Assembly: GCA_963547785.1 (NCBI GenBank)
Contig: CAUUSH010000007.1
Location: forward strand, 3,193-67,192
Origin: an uncultured Treponema sp.
GTDB taxonomy: Bacteria > Spirochaetota > Spirochaetia > Treponematales > Treponemataceae
Length of the DNA stretch: 64,000 nt
Direction of reading: 5' to 3'
The position numbers and the translations under genes were made by a program. Below, in pieces: positions 8,306 to 18,019 of the stretch; position 1 is the first letter of the stretch, and every line of letters begins with the position of its first letter. The notes under the pieces were generated by a model, which was not told the DNA's origin, did no database searches, and saw only the letters and a program-made list of their open reading frames with translations.

Positions 8306-10684
8306 ATGGAATTTACAAATGAGTTTATCGAAAGCCTTAGCGTAAACGAGGTTGACATCATGAAAAGGATTGCGGAGGAACTGGGCATACGGGTTCAGCA
8401 GGTTTCCGCAGTCGTCGGGCTGGTAAATGAGGGCTGCACCATTCCCTTTATTTCCCGTTATCGAAAAGAAATGCACGGCTCTTTGGACGAGGTGCAGGTA
8501 CGGGACAGCGACCGGCTTTTTAAATCGTACACGAATTTGGAAACACGCCGATTGGAAATCGTACGCGGTATTTTTGCGGCAGGAAAACTGACCGAAACCC
8601 TTTACGAAAATATTATGAAGGCGGGAACACTGACCGAGCTTGAAGATATTTGGCTGCCGTTTAAAAAGAAGAAGAAAACCCGCGGTATGCTGGCCGTAGA
8701 AAGAGGGCTGCAGCCGCTTGCAGAAATCATCAAAACAGAAAACAAAGAAACAGTCGAAGAGCGGGCAAAAGATTTTATCGTTACGGAAGCGGAAACGGAA
8801 GAATTAAAGGTCCCGACGGCAGAGGACGCTATTGCAGGCGCCTGCGATATTATAGCCGAAGAAGCGGCGCAGGATACGGAAAACAGAAAGGCCGTTCACG
8901 ATTATTTTTTAAAAACGGGAAAATTCGAGGTCAAGGGTATCGGCGACGAACAGGCTGCCAAAACCTCCGTGTACCAGATGTATTGGGACTACTCGGAAAA
9001 CCTAAACGAGATAAAACCGCACCGCGTCCTTGCAATAAACCGCGGTGAGCGCGAGGGTGTTTTGGAAGTAAAAATAGACGTCAGTATAGAAGAAGCTGCG
9101 GAAATCTTACAAAAACGGTACGAAATTCACAACACCTATCACAGCGGCGCACTTACCGACGGTGTAGTACGCCTTTTGGCGCCCGCAGTTTTACGGGAAA
9201 TACGGAGCGATTTGGCCGAAAACGCCGACGGACACGGCATAACCGTTTTCAGCGAAAACTTAAAGCACCTTTTAATGACGCAGCCGATAAAGGGTACGCG
9301 CGTTTTGGGCATTGACCCCGGCATACGTACCGGTACGAAGTGTGCCGCCTTGGACGAAACGGGCAAGTATCTCGGCTCCTTCGTCATATACCAACATAAA
9401 GAAGAAGAGGCGAAAAAGGCCGTTTTGGAAGCGGTAAAAAAATACAACGTTCAGCTCATGGCCGTCGGAAACGGAACGGGCTCACACGAGGTGCAGCAAA
9501 TTGTTTCTTCCGTAATAACGGAACACTGCCCCGAAGTACTGTTTACGGTTGTCGATGAGGACGGCGCCTCCGTGTATTCGGCAGGCGATGTTGCCCGCGA
9601 AGAATTTCCCGATTTGGATTTGACCATACGCGGCGCCATCTCCATTGGACGAAGGCTCCAAGACCCCCTGTCGGAACTCGTAAAAATTGATCCTAAGTCC
9701 ATCGGCGTGGGCCTGTATCAGCATGATTTAAACCAAAAAAGGCTCTCCGAATCGCTTGACGAGGTAGTAAGCTCCGTCGTAAACAATGTCGGCGTAAACT
9801 TGAACACCGCAAGTGCCTCGCTTTTAAAATACGTTTCCGGCGTCAGCTCCTCTCTTGCAAAAAAGATTATTGCGCGGCGCGAAACCGAAGGCATTTTCAC
9901 TGACCGCGAGCAGCTTAAGAGCGTAAGCGGCATGGGGCCGAAAACCTTTGAACAATGCGCGGGCTTTTTAAAAATACCCGAAAGTACCAACCCCTTGGAT
10001 AACTCGTGGGTGCACCCCGAAAACTACGAGGCGGGAAAAATCATTTACGAGGTGCTGCACAAAAAAGAAGAGGTTTCAGGCGAATTGCGCGGCGAAATAA
10101 AGGCGAAATATAACGTAGGCGATCAAACGATCAGCGACATCATCGAAGAGCTGAAAAAACCGAACAGAGATCCGCGCGAGGACTGTCCCAAACCCATTAT
10201 GCAGCAGGGCGTTTTGCAGTTCGAAGACTTAAAAACAGGTATGACCGTACGCGGCAAAATAAAAAACGTCGTCGATTTCGGCGCCTTCGTCGACTTAGGC
10301 ATAAAAGAAACGGCCCTTTTGCACATTTCCGAAATGAGCGACAGCTTCGTTTCCGACCCGCTTGAAGCCGTAAAGGTCGGCGATATAATCGAATGCAAAA
10401 TAATCGCCCTCGACGAGGACCGCAGGCGGATTTCTTTAAGCCGCAAAACCGGAGAAGGCGGTGCAAAACTGACGGCAAAACAAAGGGGCGAGGTAAAAAA
10501 ACTCGTCATCAAAACCAAGGACGGAAAAACCCTTACGGTAAAATCCGCAGCAGGCAACCCCGCCTTGCAAGGCGAAAAACGGCCCGACAAACGCGGAGAG
10601 CGCCGCCTATCCGAAAACAGGCCGCGCAAAGACGACGACGGCACAAAATACAATCCATTTGCAGCCCTCTTAAAAGGGCGGTAA
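8306..10684 (+). CDS. tex: Tex family RNA-binding transcriptional accessory protein
   Basis: TIPFISRYRKE, LGIDPGIRTG, IGRRLQDPLSELVKIDPKSIGVGLYQHD, HhH repeats, S1 domain (FGAFVDLG). Confidence 0.93.
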   Translation: MEFTNEFIESLSVNEVDIMKRIAEELGIRVQQVSAVVGLVNEGCTIPFISRYRKEMHGSLDEVQVRDSDRLFKSYTNLETRRLEIVRGIFAAGKLTETLYENIMKAGTLTELEDIWLPFKKKKKTRGMLAVERGLQPLAEIIKTENKETVEERAKDFIVTEAETEELKVPTAEDAIAGACDIIAEEAAQDTENRKAVHDYFLKTGKFEVKGIGDEQAAKTSVYQMYWDYSENLNEIKPHRVLAINRGEREGVLEVKIDVSIEEAAEILQKRYEIHNTYHSGALTDGVVRLLAPAVLREIRSDLAENADGHGITVFSENLKHLLMTQPIKGTRVLGIDPGIRTGTKCAALDETGKYLGSFVIYQHKEEEAKKAVLEAVKKYNVQLMAVGNGTGSHEVQQIVSSVITEHCPEVLFTVVDEDGASVYSAGDVAREEFPDLDLTIRGAISIGRRLQDPLSELVKIDPKSIGVGLYQHDLNQKRLSESLDEVVSSVVNNVGVNLNTASASLLKYVSGVSSSLAKKIIARRETEGIFTDREQLKSVSGMGPKTFEQCAGFLKIPESTNPLDNSWVHPENYEAGKIIYEVLHKKEEVSGELRGEIKAKYNVGDQTISDIIEELKKPNRDPREDCPKPIMQQGVLQFEDLKTGMTVRGKIKNVVDFGAFVDLGIKETALLHISEMSDSFVSDPLEAVKVGDIIECKIIALDEDRRRISLSRKTGEGGAKLTAKQRGEVKKLVIKTKDGKTLTVKSAAGNPALQGEKRPDKRGERRLSENRPRKDDDGTKYNPFAALLKGR

Positions 10685-10702
10685 GATTTTACGGGGGACG
10701 CT

Positions 10703-11911
10703 ATGCACTATTTGGAACGATTCAAACGCTACATCGCCATGGATACAAAATCCGATGAGGAAAACGAACAGTGCCCCAGCACACCGGGGCAGCTCGAATT
10801 GGGAAGGCTCTTGGTAAAGGAGCTTCAAGGCCTCGGTTTACAAGCCGAACAGGATTCGCACGGGTATGTTTACTCGGCTCTGCCTGCAAATACCGGCAAA
10901 AAGGTACCGGCAATCGGCTTTATCGCCCACATGGATACGGCCCCCGATCTGGACGGCAAATGCGTGAACCCCAAGGTTTTTACCTACACAGGCGGCGACA
11001 TAAAACTGAACGGCGAATACACCATGAGCGTACAAGACTTTCCTTTTTTAAAAGATTTGGAAGGACAGGAAATCGTTACAACGGATGGAACAACCCTTTT
11101 AGGTGCCGACGATAAGGCAGGTCTTACCATCATCATGGGGGCGGTCGAATATCTTCTTGCGCACCCGGAAATAAAACACGGCGAAATAAAAATCGGGTTT
11201 ACCCCCGACGAAGAAATAGGCCGGGGTGCCGACCTTTTCGATGTTAAACGCTTTGCGGCCGACTTTGCTTATACAATAGACGGCGGCCCCTTAGGTGAAC
11301 TGCAATATGAGAATTTCAATGCGGCAGGCGCCAAGGTCGAAATAAAGGGCAAAAACGTTCACCCCGGCTCGGCAAAAAACGTCATGATCAACTCCATTTC
11401 CATTGCCTGCGAATTTCAAAATATGCTGCCAAAGGAACAAAAACCCGAATACACCTGCGGCTACGAAGGCTTTATCCATCTAAATTCGATTCAAGGTTCC
11501 GAAGACTTTACAAAAATGACCTTTATTATCCGCGATCATTCAATGAAAGAATTCGAAAAGAAAAAAGCGGTTTTACAGGCTGCCGCCGATTTTTTGAACA
11601 CAAAATACGGAAACGTCGTTACGCTGGAAATCCGCGATTCCTATTTTAACATGAAAGAAAAAATCGAACCGTGCATGCACATCATCGATCTTGCAAAACG
11701 GTCAATGGAAGAGCTGGGCATTACACCGATGATTATCCCGATACGCGGCGGCACCGACGGGGCGCGGCTTTCGTTTATGGGCCTGCCCTGCCCCAACATC
11801 TTTGCAGGCGGCTATAATTTTCACGGACGGTTCGAGCTGATACCGACACGCTCCATCGAAAAAGGGATCGAACTTTTGGTAAAAATTGCAGAAAATAATG
11901 CAAAGGTCTAA
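10703..11911 (+). CDS. pepT: Peptidase T (tripeptidase)
   Basis: PSTPGQ, IAHMDTAPD, LLGADDKAG, FTPDEEIG, ENFNAA and PIRGGTDG motifs. Confidence 0.95.
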   Translation: MHYLERFKRYIAMDTKSDEENEQCPSTPGQLELGRLLVKELQGLGLQAEQDSHGYVYSALPANTGKKVPAIGFIAHMDTAPDLDGKCVNPKVFTYTGGDIKLNGEYTMSVQDFPFLKDLEGQEIVTTDGTTLLGADDKAGLTIIMGAVEYLLAHPEIKHGEIKIGFTPDEEIGRGADLFDVKRFAADFAYTIDGGPLGELQYENFNAAGAKVEIKGKNVHPGSAKNVMINSISIACEFQNMLPKEQKPEYTCGYEGFIHLNSIQGSEDFTKMTFIIRDHSMKEFEKKKAVLQAAADFLNTKYGNVVTLEIRDSYFNMKEKIEPCMHIIDLAKRSMEELGITPMIIPIRGGTDGARLSFMGLPCPNIFAGGYNFHGRFELIPTRSIEKGIELLVKIAENNAKV

Positions 11912-11987
11912 AGACACAAGCCGCTGCTAAAGGTTTTTGCAAGTCTATTCATCGCTATTTTATTATACAAATTGTAAGGAAGGTACA

Positions 11988-13295
11988 ATGCATAAATCGT
12001 TTTTTCAATTAAAAATATCGGTTTTTCTTTTACTCTGTACAGCACTCTTGGCAGGCTGCTCCAACAAATTGGGCTATGGCGTCGTAAACTGGTCGGTACC
12101 GGAATACGGCTTGGATGCAGGCGACATCATTCCCGTATATGTCCGCTCAAATATCGAAAAACTGTACATCGTAGGTTTAAATGAGCAAACGGAGATGCGC
12201 ATAGAAATTCCTTTATGGCAGCTCACCTTTTTCGAATCGAAACGGGAGGCCGTCAAGTTTCAAAAAAAGCTGGAAGAATACCGGTACACCTATGCCTTCG
12301 TAAAACTGGACGGGCTTCCCATGCGAATAGCCCCTGACAACACCGCAAAACAGGTGTACAAACTGCGGGAAGACCAAACCGTAAAAATCCTCTGGTTCGG
12401 GGACGGCGTACCCGTTTTAAAAAACGGCAAACCTATGGAAGGCCAATGGTACGAAGTGCTGACGGAAGACGGGACACGCGGCTGGTGCTTTTCGTATAAC
12501 CTTACGATATATGACGAAAGGGATAAAAGGGCCGTTGCGGAAAGCGGAACGGGAGAAATCCAAGACGAAGAACTGGAAAAAATCCTTTTGGAAACATGGT
12601 ATCCAGCACATTACCGAAAAATGATAAACGACCGGCAAATCGACCTTGACAAGGTTTCCCTGACGTGGGGCTTTTTCCCCGGAGCGCGCTCAAAAATTGC
12701 CCGCATAGAACTGGAGGGCGTACAGCTATCTTTCCCGTACACAAAAATCACAAAAATCAACGGCAAATACCGCTTTGACGGGGCAAACCTTTCAATGCAG
12801 ATACGCGGCAAGGACAGCATCTCGGTCGAATTTTCGGACTTGTCGGGAAAACAGCGGATTGAAAATTTCGCCTCGCTTTCGACAACGGCGGAAGAAATCA
12901 TCGACAGTGAACTGACCCGCAGAGAAAAAAAGATTGCCGAAATTACCGGTACGGCAAAGGAATTTTCTTCGGAAAATTTCGGCACCTTAAAAATACTGCA
13001 AGACGGACAATTTTTTTGGAACGGCTACAATTTGATATCGCCGTCGATCATTCCCGACGCAGCAGGTGCCTCCGGAACCGTATCGATAAAATACTTTTTA
13101 TCCAAACGCTTCTTATCCGATTATGACGGGGTATTAAGTTTTAAATTCGAAAAAAGCAGCGAACCGATCATCTTTATGTATAATATTTCTTCAAGCGGCC
13201 TGAGGCTCGAAGCGGTCGAACCTGCAAACATAAAAGAAAACACGGTAGAACGGCGCAGTTTAAATCCGGTTATCCTCTTTTTTGCCGCAAAATAA
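11988..13295 (+). CDS. Lipoprotein with SH3-like domain
   Basis: AAGGAAGG SD; lipobox LLAG-C; WYEVLTEDGTRGWCF SH3-like segment. Confidence 0.75.
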   Translation: MHKSFFQLKISVFLLLCTALLAGCSNKLGYGVVNWSVPEYGLDAGDIIPVYVRSNIEKLYIVGLNEQTEMRIEIPLWQLTFFESKREAVKFQKKLEEYRYTYAFVKLDGLPMRIAPDNTAKQVYKLREDQTVKILWFGDGVPVLKNGKPMEGQWYEVLTEDGTRGWCFSYNLTIYDERDKRAVAESGTGEIQDEELEKILLETWYPAHYRKMINDRQIDLDKVSLTWGFFPGARSKIARIELEGVQLSFPYTKITKINGKYRFDGANLSMQIRGKDSISVEFSDLSGKQRIENFASLSTTAEEIIDSELTRREKKIAEITGTAKEFSSENFGTLKILQDGQFFWNGYNLISPSIIPDAAGASGTVSIKYFLSKRFLSDYDGVLSFKFEKSSEPIIFMYNISSSGLRLEAVEPANIKENTVERRSLNPVILFFAAK

Positions 13296-13319
13296 TCCTC
13301 TGCAAGGAAAAATTTAAAA

Positions 13320-15275
13320 ATGCCGTTCGTTCAGCTTTCCAAAATCTCCTTAGCTTTCGGCGACAGGGACATTTTAAAAAACATAACCGTGGTACTAACC
13401 TGCGGAACCAAGGCTGCCGTTACGGGAGCAAACGGCAGCGGAAAATCGACCCTAATGAAAATAATCGCAGGGCTGACTACCGCCGATTCAGGGGACATCT
13501 CCGTCGAAAAAAACACCGTAACGGCATATCTTCCCCAGTCGGGCATTGTCCACAAGGGCAGGAGCCTTGCAGAAGAAGCTGAAACGGCCTTTTCAGCGGG
13601 AGCAAGTCTTTTAAACGAGATGGACAGGGTCGGCGATAAAATGGCAGCGGAAAAAGACGAGAAAAAGCTCTCGCTCCTTGCCGAAGAATACCACGGCCTT
13701 CAAACAAAGCTCGAAGAATCGGGGTGGAACAACCGCAAACGGCTCATCGAAGAAGTATTGTTCGGCCTCGGATTTTTGCCTTCCGATTTAAAGCGCAGCA
13801 CGGAAGAATTCTCAGGCGGCTGGCAGATGCGCATCGCCCTTGCAAAAATCCTTTTGCAAAACGCCGACATCATCATTTTGGACGAACCGACCAACTATTT
13901 GGACATCGAAGCGCGGAACTGGCTGGAAGTTTGGCTTAAAAAATTCCAAGGCGGATTTTTACTCGTCAGCCATGACCGTTATTTTTTAGACCAATGCGTT
14001 ACGGAAATATACGAATTGTTTAACGGCGAATTAAAACGCTACAAGGGCTCCTACAGCGAATATGAAAAAACAAGGCAAACCGAAATAGAAAGCCTTATCA
14101 AGGCCTATGACCGCCAACAAGAAGAAATCGCGAAAACCGAAGACTTTATCCGCAAATTCCGCTACAACGCAAGCAAGGCCGCTTTGGTGCAAGACAGAAT
14201 CCGCAGGCTGGAAAAATTGGAAAAAATCGAAATACCGGAGCACTTAAAAAAAATACATTTTAGTTTTCCAAAAGCGCCCCATTCGGGAAAAATCGTCTTG
14301 CAGGCAAGCGGCATCAAAAAATCCTACGGGACTAAAACGATACTGCAAGACCTTGACCTTGTTATCGAAAAAAACGAGCGGTTGGTTTTAGCCGGCCGCA
14401 ACGGGGCAGGAAAGTCCACCCTCTTACGAATCCTCGCAAACCGGGACACGGATTTTTCAGGAACCGTAAAAGAAGGTGCGGGCATCAGCGCCGGCTATTT
14501 TTCACAAGACGAGTCAGAAACCATTACGGGCAGCCAAACCATCATCGAATTACTGGAACAAACGGCCCCCCTCGATTTAATTCCGAAGCTGTACGATATG
14601 CTTGCCGCCTTTTTGTTCCGCGGCGACGATATTCATAAGCCGCTTTCGGTACTGTCGGGCGGAGAAAAAAGCCGGCTTGCCCTGCTCCGCCTGTTGCTGC
14701 GGCCCTTAAACCTTTTAATCTTGGATGAGCCGACCAACCATTTAGACCTGCATTCCAAAGACGTCCTTTTGGACGCTCTAAAACGCTTCGACGGCACCCT
14801 CATTTTCGTGTCGCACGATAAGGGCTTTATAAGTGGACTTGCAACCCGTGTACTGGAACTGCGGGCGCCGCAAAACGGAAACGCTCCTTCCGCCGTCAGA
14901 AACTTTCCCGGCACATACGATTATTATCTGTATCGGTTAGAACAAGAAGAAAAAGACGGAACGGGCGGTTCATTTACAACAAGCGCAAACAAAACGGAAA
15001 AAAAACAAGCACCGCTTTCCTACAACGAACAAAAAAAGATAAAAGCCGAGCGGCGTAAGCTTGAAAAAGAAGAAGAGAAGATTTTAGCCGAAATCGAAGC
15101 GGCCGAAAAACAAATCGAAGAAAAAGAAGCTCTTTTAGCAAGCCCCGAAATTTACACCGACGGCGAAAAAAGCCGCGCACTGCAAAAAGAAATCGGCCTT
15201 TTGAAAAAACAAACCGAACTTCTTTCAGAACACTGGGCCGAAATTGCCGAAAACTTACAAGAAGGTTTATTTTAA
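13320..15275 (+). CDS. ABC-F family ATPase
   Basis: Two ABC domains (GANGSGKST/FSGGW/LDEPTN and GRNGAGKST/LSGGEK/LDEPTN); no TM segments; C-terminal coiled coil. Confidence 0.95.
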   Translation: MPFVQLSKISLAFGDRDILKNITVVLTCGTKAAVTGANGSGKSTLMKIIAGLTTADSGDISVEKNTVTAYLPQSGIVHKGRSLAEEAETAFSAGASLLNEMDRVGDKMAAEKDEKKLSLLAEEYHGLQTKLEESGWNNRKRLIEEVLFGLGFLPSDLKRSTEEFSGGWQMRIALAKILLQNADIIILDEPTNYLDIEARNWLEVWLKKFQGGFLLVSHDRYFLDQCVTEIYELFNGELKRYKGSYSEYEKTRQTEIESLIKAYDRQQEEIAKTEDFIRKFRYNASKAALVQDRIRRLEKLEKIEIPEHLKKIHFSFPKAPHSGKIVLQASGIKKSYGTKTILQDLDLVIEKNERLVLAGRNGAGKSTLLRILANRDTDFSGTVKEGAGISAGYFSQDESETITGSQTIIELLEQTAPLDLIPKLYDMLAAFLFRGDDIHKPLSVLSGGEKSRLALLRLLLRPLNLLILDEPTNHLDLHSKDVLLDALKRFDGTLIFVSHDKGFISGLATRVLELRAPQNGNAPSAVRNFPGTYDYYLYRLEQEEKDGTGGSFTTSANKTEKKQAPLSYNEQKKIKAERRKLEKEEEKILAEIEAAEKQIEEKEALLASPEIYTDGEKSRALQKEIGLLKKQTELLSEHWAEIAENLQEGLF

Positions 15276-15500
15276 GCGGTACAAATAGTACCGCTTAAAA
15301 ACACAGGCGAGTTTGCTTCGCAAACTTGCGGATTATTTGCCGTTTCTCATTTCATTGCGAAACAGCAGAAAATAAGCGCCTTCAGGATTTGAAAATCCTT
15401 TCAGTTGCTTATTTTACAAGAAGGTTTATTTTAAGCGGTACAAATAGTACCGCTTAAAAACACAGGCGAGTTTGCTTCGCAAACTTGCGGATTATTTGCC
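15255..15500 (+). repeat. Composite palindromic (REP/BIME-like) element: 87-bp exact direct repeat at a 159-bp period
   Basis: 15255-15341 is identical to 15414-15500. Contains hairpins TTTTAAGCGGTAC-aaata-GTACCGCTTAAAA and GCGAGTTTGC-ttc-GCAAACTTGC; the spacer holds further inverted repeats. Confidence 0.9.
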
Positions 15501-15637
15501 TTTTCTAGGTCTTTTTCTTTCTTTAAAGACGATTGAATCTTACGCCCTTATGCTGTATAGGGGCATCACACTTTAGGCTGTTGCATTGCAGATTGCATGC
15601 CGTGCACCCGGAAACACAAACCGGATATGTGTATCAC

Positions 15638-15666
15638 TTGCCTATTCTTTAAAATGTTGCTATAAT
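15638..15666 (+). promoter_or_regulatory. sigma70-type promoter
   Basis: TTGCCT-17bp-TATAAT with TGn extension; 14 nt to ATG 15681. Confidence 0.6.
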
Positions 15667-15680
15667 CGAACCCGACGCTT

Positions 15681-17588
15681 ATGAAAAAAGATAATAAAAA
15701 GCTAGAACTATGCTTTGTCCTTCACGCCGATTACAACATAATAGACAGTTTATCCAAAACGGATAACATGCAGCTTTATAATGACCTTTTTTCTCACTTG
15801 TATAGCTGTCCGCAGCTGCCTTTTACCGCAGCTTTTTCAGGCGGCTTTTTGGATTGGTTTCAAAAGAAAGATTCTTCTTTTATCGAGGTAATATCCGAAA
15901 TTTTAAGGCGAAAACAGATAGAAATATTGAGCACCCCTTTTTATGAGCCCTTTATTTCCATGATTCCTTCTTCCGACCAGATCGGTCAAATTGAATATAT
16001 GACCGATACCCTGCGTAAACACTTTTATAAACGCCCGCGGGGTATTTATCTTCCGTATTCCGCGTGGAATTCGTCGGTAATTCCGCACCTAAACCGCTGC
16101 GGCATAGAATATTGCCTTTTAGATAAGGACTTTTTTGTAAAATCTGGCTTAAACCCCTTTTCGCCTGTGTGTATGGAAGACGGGGGAAAAATTCTTTTCG
16201 GGATTCCCTCAACCTACGAATTTGAAAATACCGAGCTAAGCCCCGCAGCCTTTTACGAAAAAATATCCGGCTTTGCCGCAGCTTCCGATGCGGAAGCTGC
16301 CCTCGCCGTTTTTTTATCGCCTAAAAAGATATTCGAATTTTTAAACAATTCAAAAGACAAAAAATCGTGGTTTGAAGAACTGTACGATCTTACCGGCCGA
16401 TCTGACTCCCGTATTTCGCTTTCTCACACCGGTCAAATTTTAAAAAGCAAGGTAATTTATCAAAAAGGTTTTATTTCCTCAAACTGTGTATTTTCAGGAC
16501 AGTCTGCAGGCCGTTCTATAAAACAGCTTATTTCCGGCAAGGCTGATATTTACGCTATGTATGCGAAAATGATGTACGTTCATACCCTTGTAAATCAGGT
16601 TCGGGGGGATAAGGCAAGAAAGAAAAACGCCCTTATAGACATATGGAAGGCCGAAAACGGAATGCTTTTTAATCTCGATAAACGTTATGAGCAGTACGAC
16701 AAGGAGCTGCGGGATGCCTGCTACCGGAATTTGCTTCTTGCCGAAAAGCAAACCAGAATACCGGGCGGTTTTACCGATTCTTTAGGCGTACTAGACTTCG
16801 ATTTGGACGGAATAAAGGAATTTATTTCCCAGCGCGAAAGCTTAAATATATACATACATTCTTCGGGCGGCAAAATATTTGAGCTGGACGTATTCGGTGC
16901 ATATAAAAACTATGCTGCTATCTGCTCTGAAAAAACGGGCTTGTTTATAGACCATCTAGTGTCGAAGGAAGAGCTTGAAAGACTCGGAAAGGTACCTTTT
17001 TCCTCTGCCGTGCAGCAGGCCGTTTTTTGCGAAAACCTGTATCAGGATGTAAAATTGGACCGGCTTAAATTCAAGCTTTTAATGAAGACTGATGGAAAAT
17101 TCGGTGAATTCGCTCAGTCCGTATCACTTCGCAAGAAGTACATCTTTAACGAAAAAGGCGTACAGGTTCAATATATTCTTAAAAACGAAAGCTCTTTTAA
17201 TCTTTGCGCTTACTTTATGGTAGAAATAGACATATCGGCCTGTTTTGCCGGCCCTAAAAAAACGGCGGTTTCGGTATATGCCGGAGACGTCAAATACGAT
17301 TCGGCGGAGAAAAAAGGCTCGTTTAACGCGGTTTCATGGCTTCAAATAGACGATAGCGAGGGTAAAGTTCTTTTTACTGTAGAAGCCAACGAAACGCCTG
17401 ACCTTATTATCCTTCCGATATACGCAAATGAGGCAAAAGAGGATACGCACAAAAGGGGACTTCGTAATTTATTCTATTGGAAGATAGATTTAAATTCGGG
17501 ATACGAAACGGAAAAAATGCTTTTTTTTAAAGCCGATTCAAAAAAGCCTGAAAAGAAAAGTAGAGAAAAACCGGCCTTAACTACTTGA
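15681..17588 (+). CDS. GH57 alpha-amylase/4-alpha-glucanotransferase-like protein, divergent active site
   Basis: QIEILSTPFYEPFI, RPRGIYLP..AW, YAKMMYV and DFDLDG..E segments typical of GH57 with DUF1925/DUF1926 C-terminus. Confidence 0.7.
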   Translation: MKKDNKKLELCFVLHADYNIIDSLSKTDNMQLYNDLFSHLYSCPQLPFTAAFSGGFLDWFQKKDSSFIEVISEILRRKQIEILSTPFYEPFISMIPSSDQIGQIEYMTDTLRKHFYKRPRGIYLPYSAWNSSVIPHLNRCGIEYCLLDKDFFVKSGLNPFSPVCMEDGGKILFGIPSTYEFENTELSPAAFYEKISGFAAASDAEAALAVFLSPKKIFEFLNNSKDKKSWFEELYDLTGRSDSRISLSHTGQILKSKVIYQKGFISSNCVFSGQSAGRSIKQLISGKADIYAMYAKMMYVHTLVNQVRGDKARKKNALIDIWKAENGMLFNLDKRYEQYDKELRDACYRNLLLAEKQTRIPGGFTDSLGVLDFDLDGIKEFISQRESLNIYIHSSGGKIFELDVFGAYKNYAAICSEKTGLFIDHLVSKEELERLGKVPFSSAVQQAVFCENLYQDVKLDRLKFKLLMKTDGKFGEFAQSVSLRKKYIFNEKGVQVQYILKNESSFNLCAYFMVEIDISACFAGPKKTAVSVYAGDVKYDSAEKKGSFNAVSWLQIDDSEGKVLFTVEANETPDLIILPIYANEAKEDTHKRGLRNLFYWKIDLNSGYETEKMLFFKADSKKPEKKSREKPALTT

Positions 17589-17620
17589 CCGTAAGGCGTT
17601 ACTTGCGTAGACTGTATGCT

Positions 17621-18019
17621 ATGAAGCGCACTTTACCGTTTATTATTTATACCTTTGCCTTAACGGCTGAAATTGCAAGAGTACTGTTTCTCTCCCTTTC
17701 TCAAAAGTCCTTTTCGGCGGAACTTCCCGTTTCAAGCTTTGCGGGGCTTGCCTTGTTGTGCCTTCCTGCCGTTTTTTGGTTTATGCTTTTACAAAACGAA
17801 GATGAGTTTCATACATTGCTGAGAATAATCGCCCTTATAAAATTCTTTTGCATAGTCTCTTCCTACGTGTTTTTAGCAAAAACAGGACGGCTTCTCGGTT
17901 ACGCTTCTGCAGATACGGCGGCGCTTAAACTGCAATATGCTTTTACCTGGGCACTGCTTCCCGTTGATGCCTTGATTTTGTTTTTTAGTTTAGTACGGGA
18001 GAAATACCTATGCAGATAA
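17621..18019 (+). CDS. Small membrane protein
   Basis: Four hydrophobic segments; preceded by TTGACC-17bp-TAGACT (17585-17613), 7 nt before ATG. Confidence 0.65.
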   Translation: MKRTLPFIIYTFALTAEIARVLFLSLSQKSFSAELPVSSFAGLALLCLPAVFWFMLLQNEDEFHTLLRIIALIKFFCIVSSYVFLAKTGRLLGYASADTAALKLQYAFTWALLPVDALILFFSLVREKYLCR

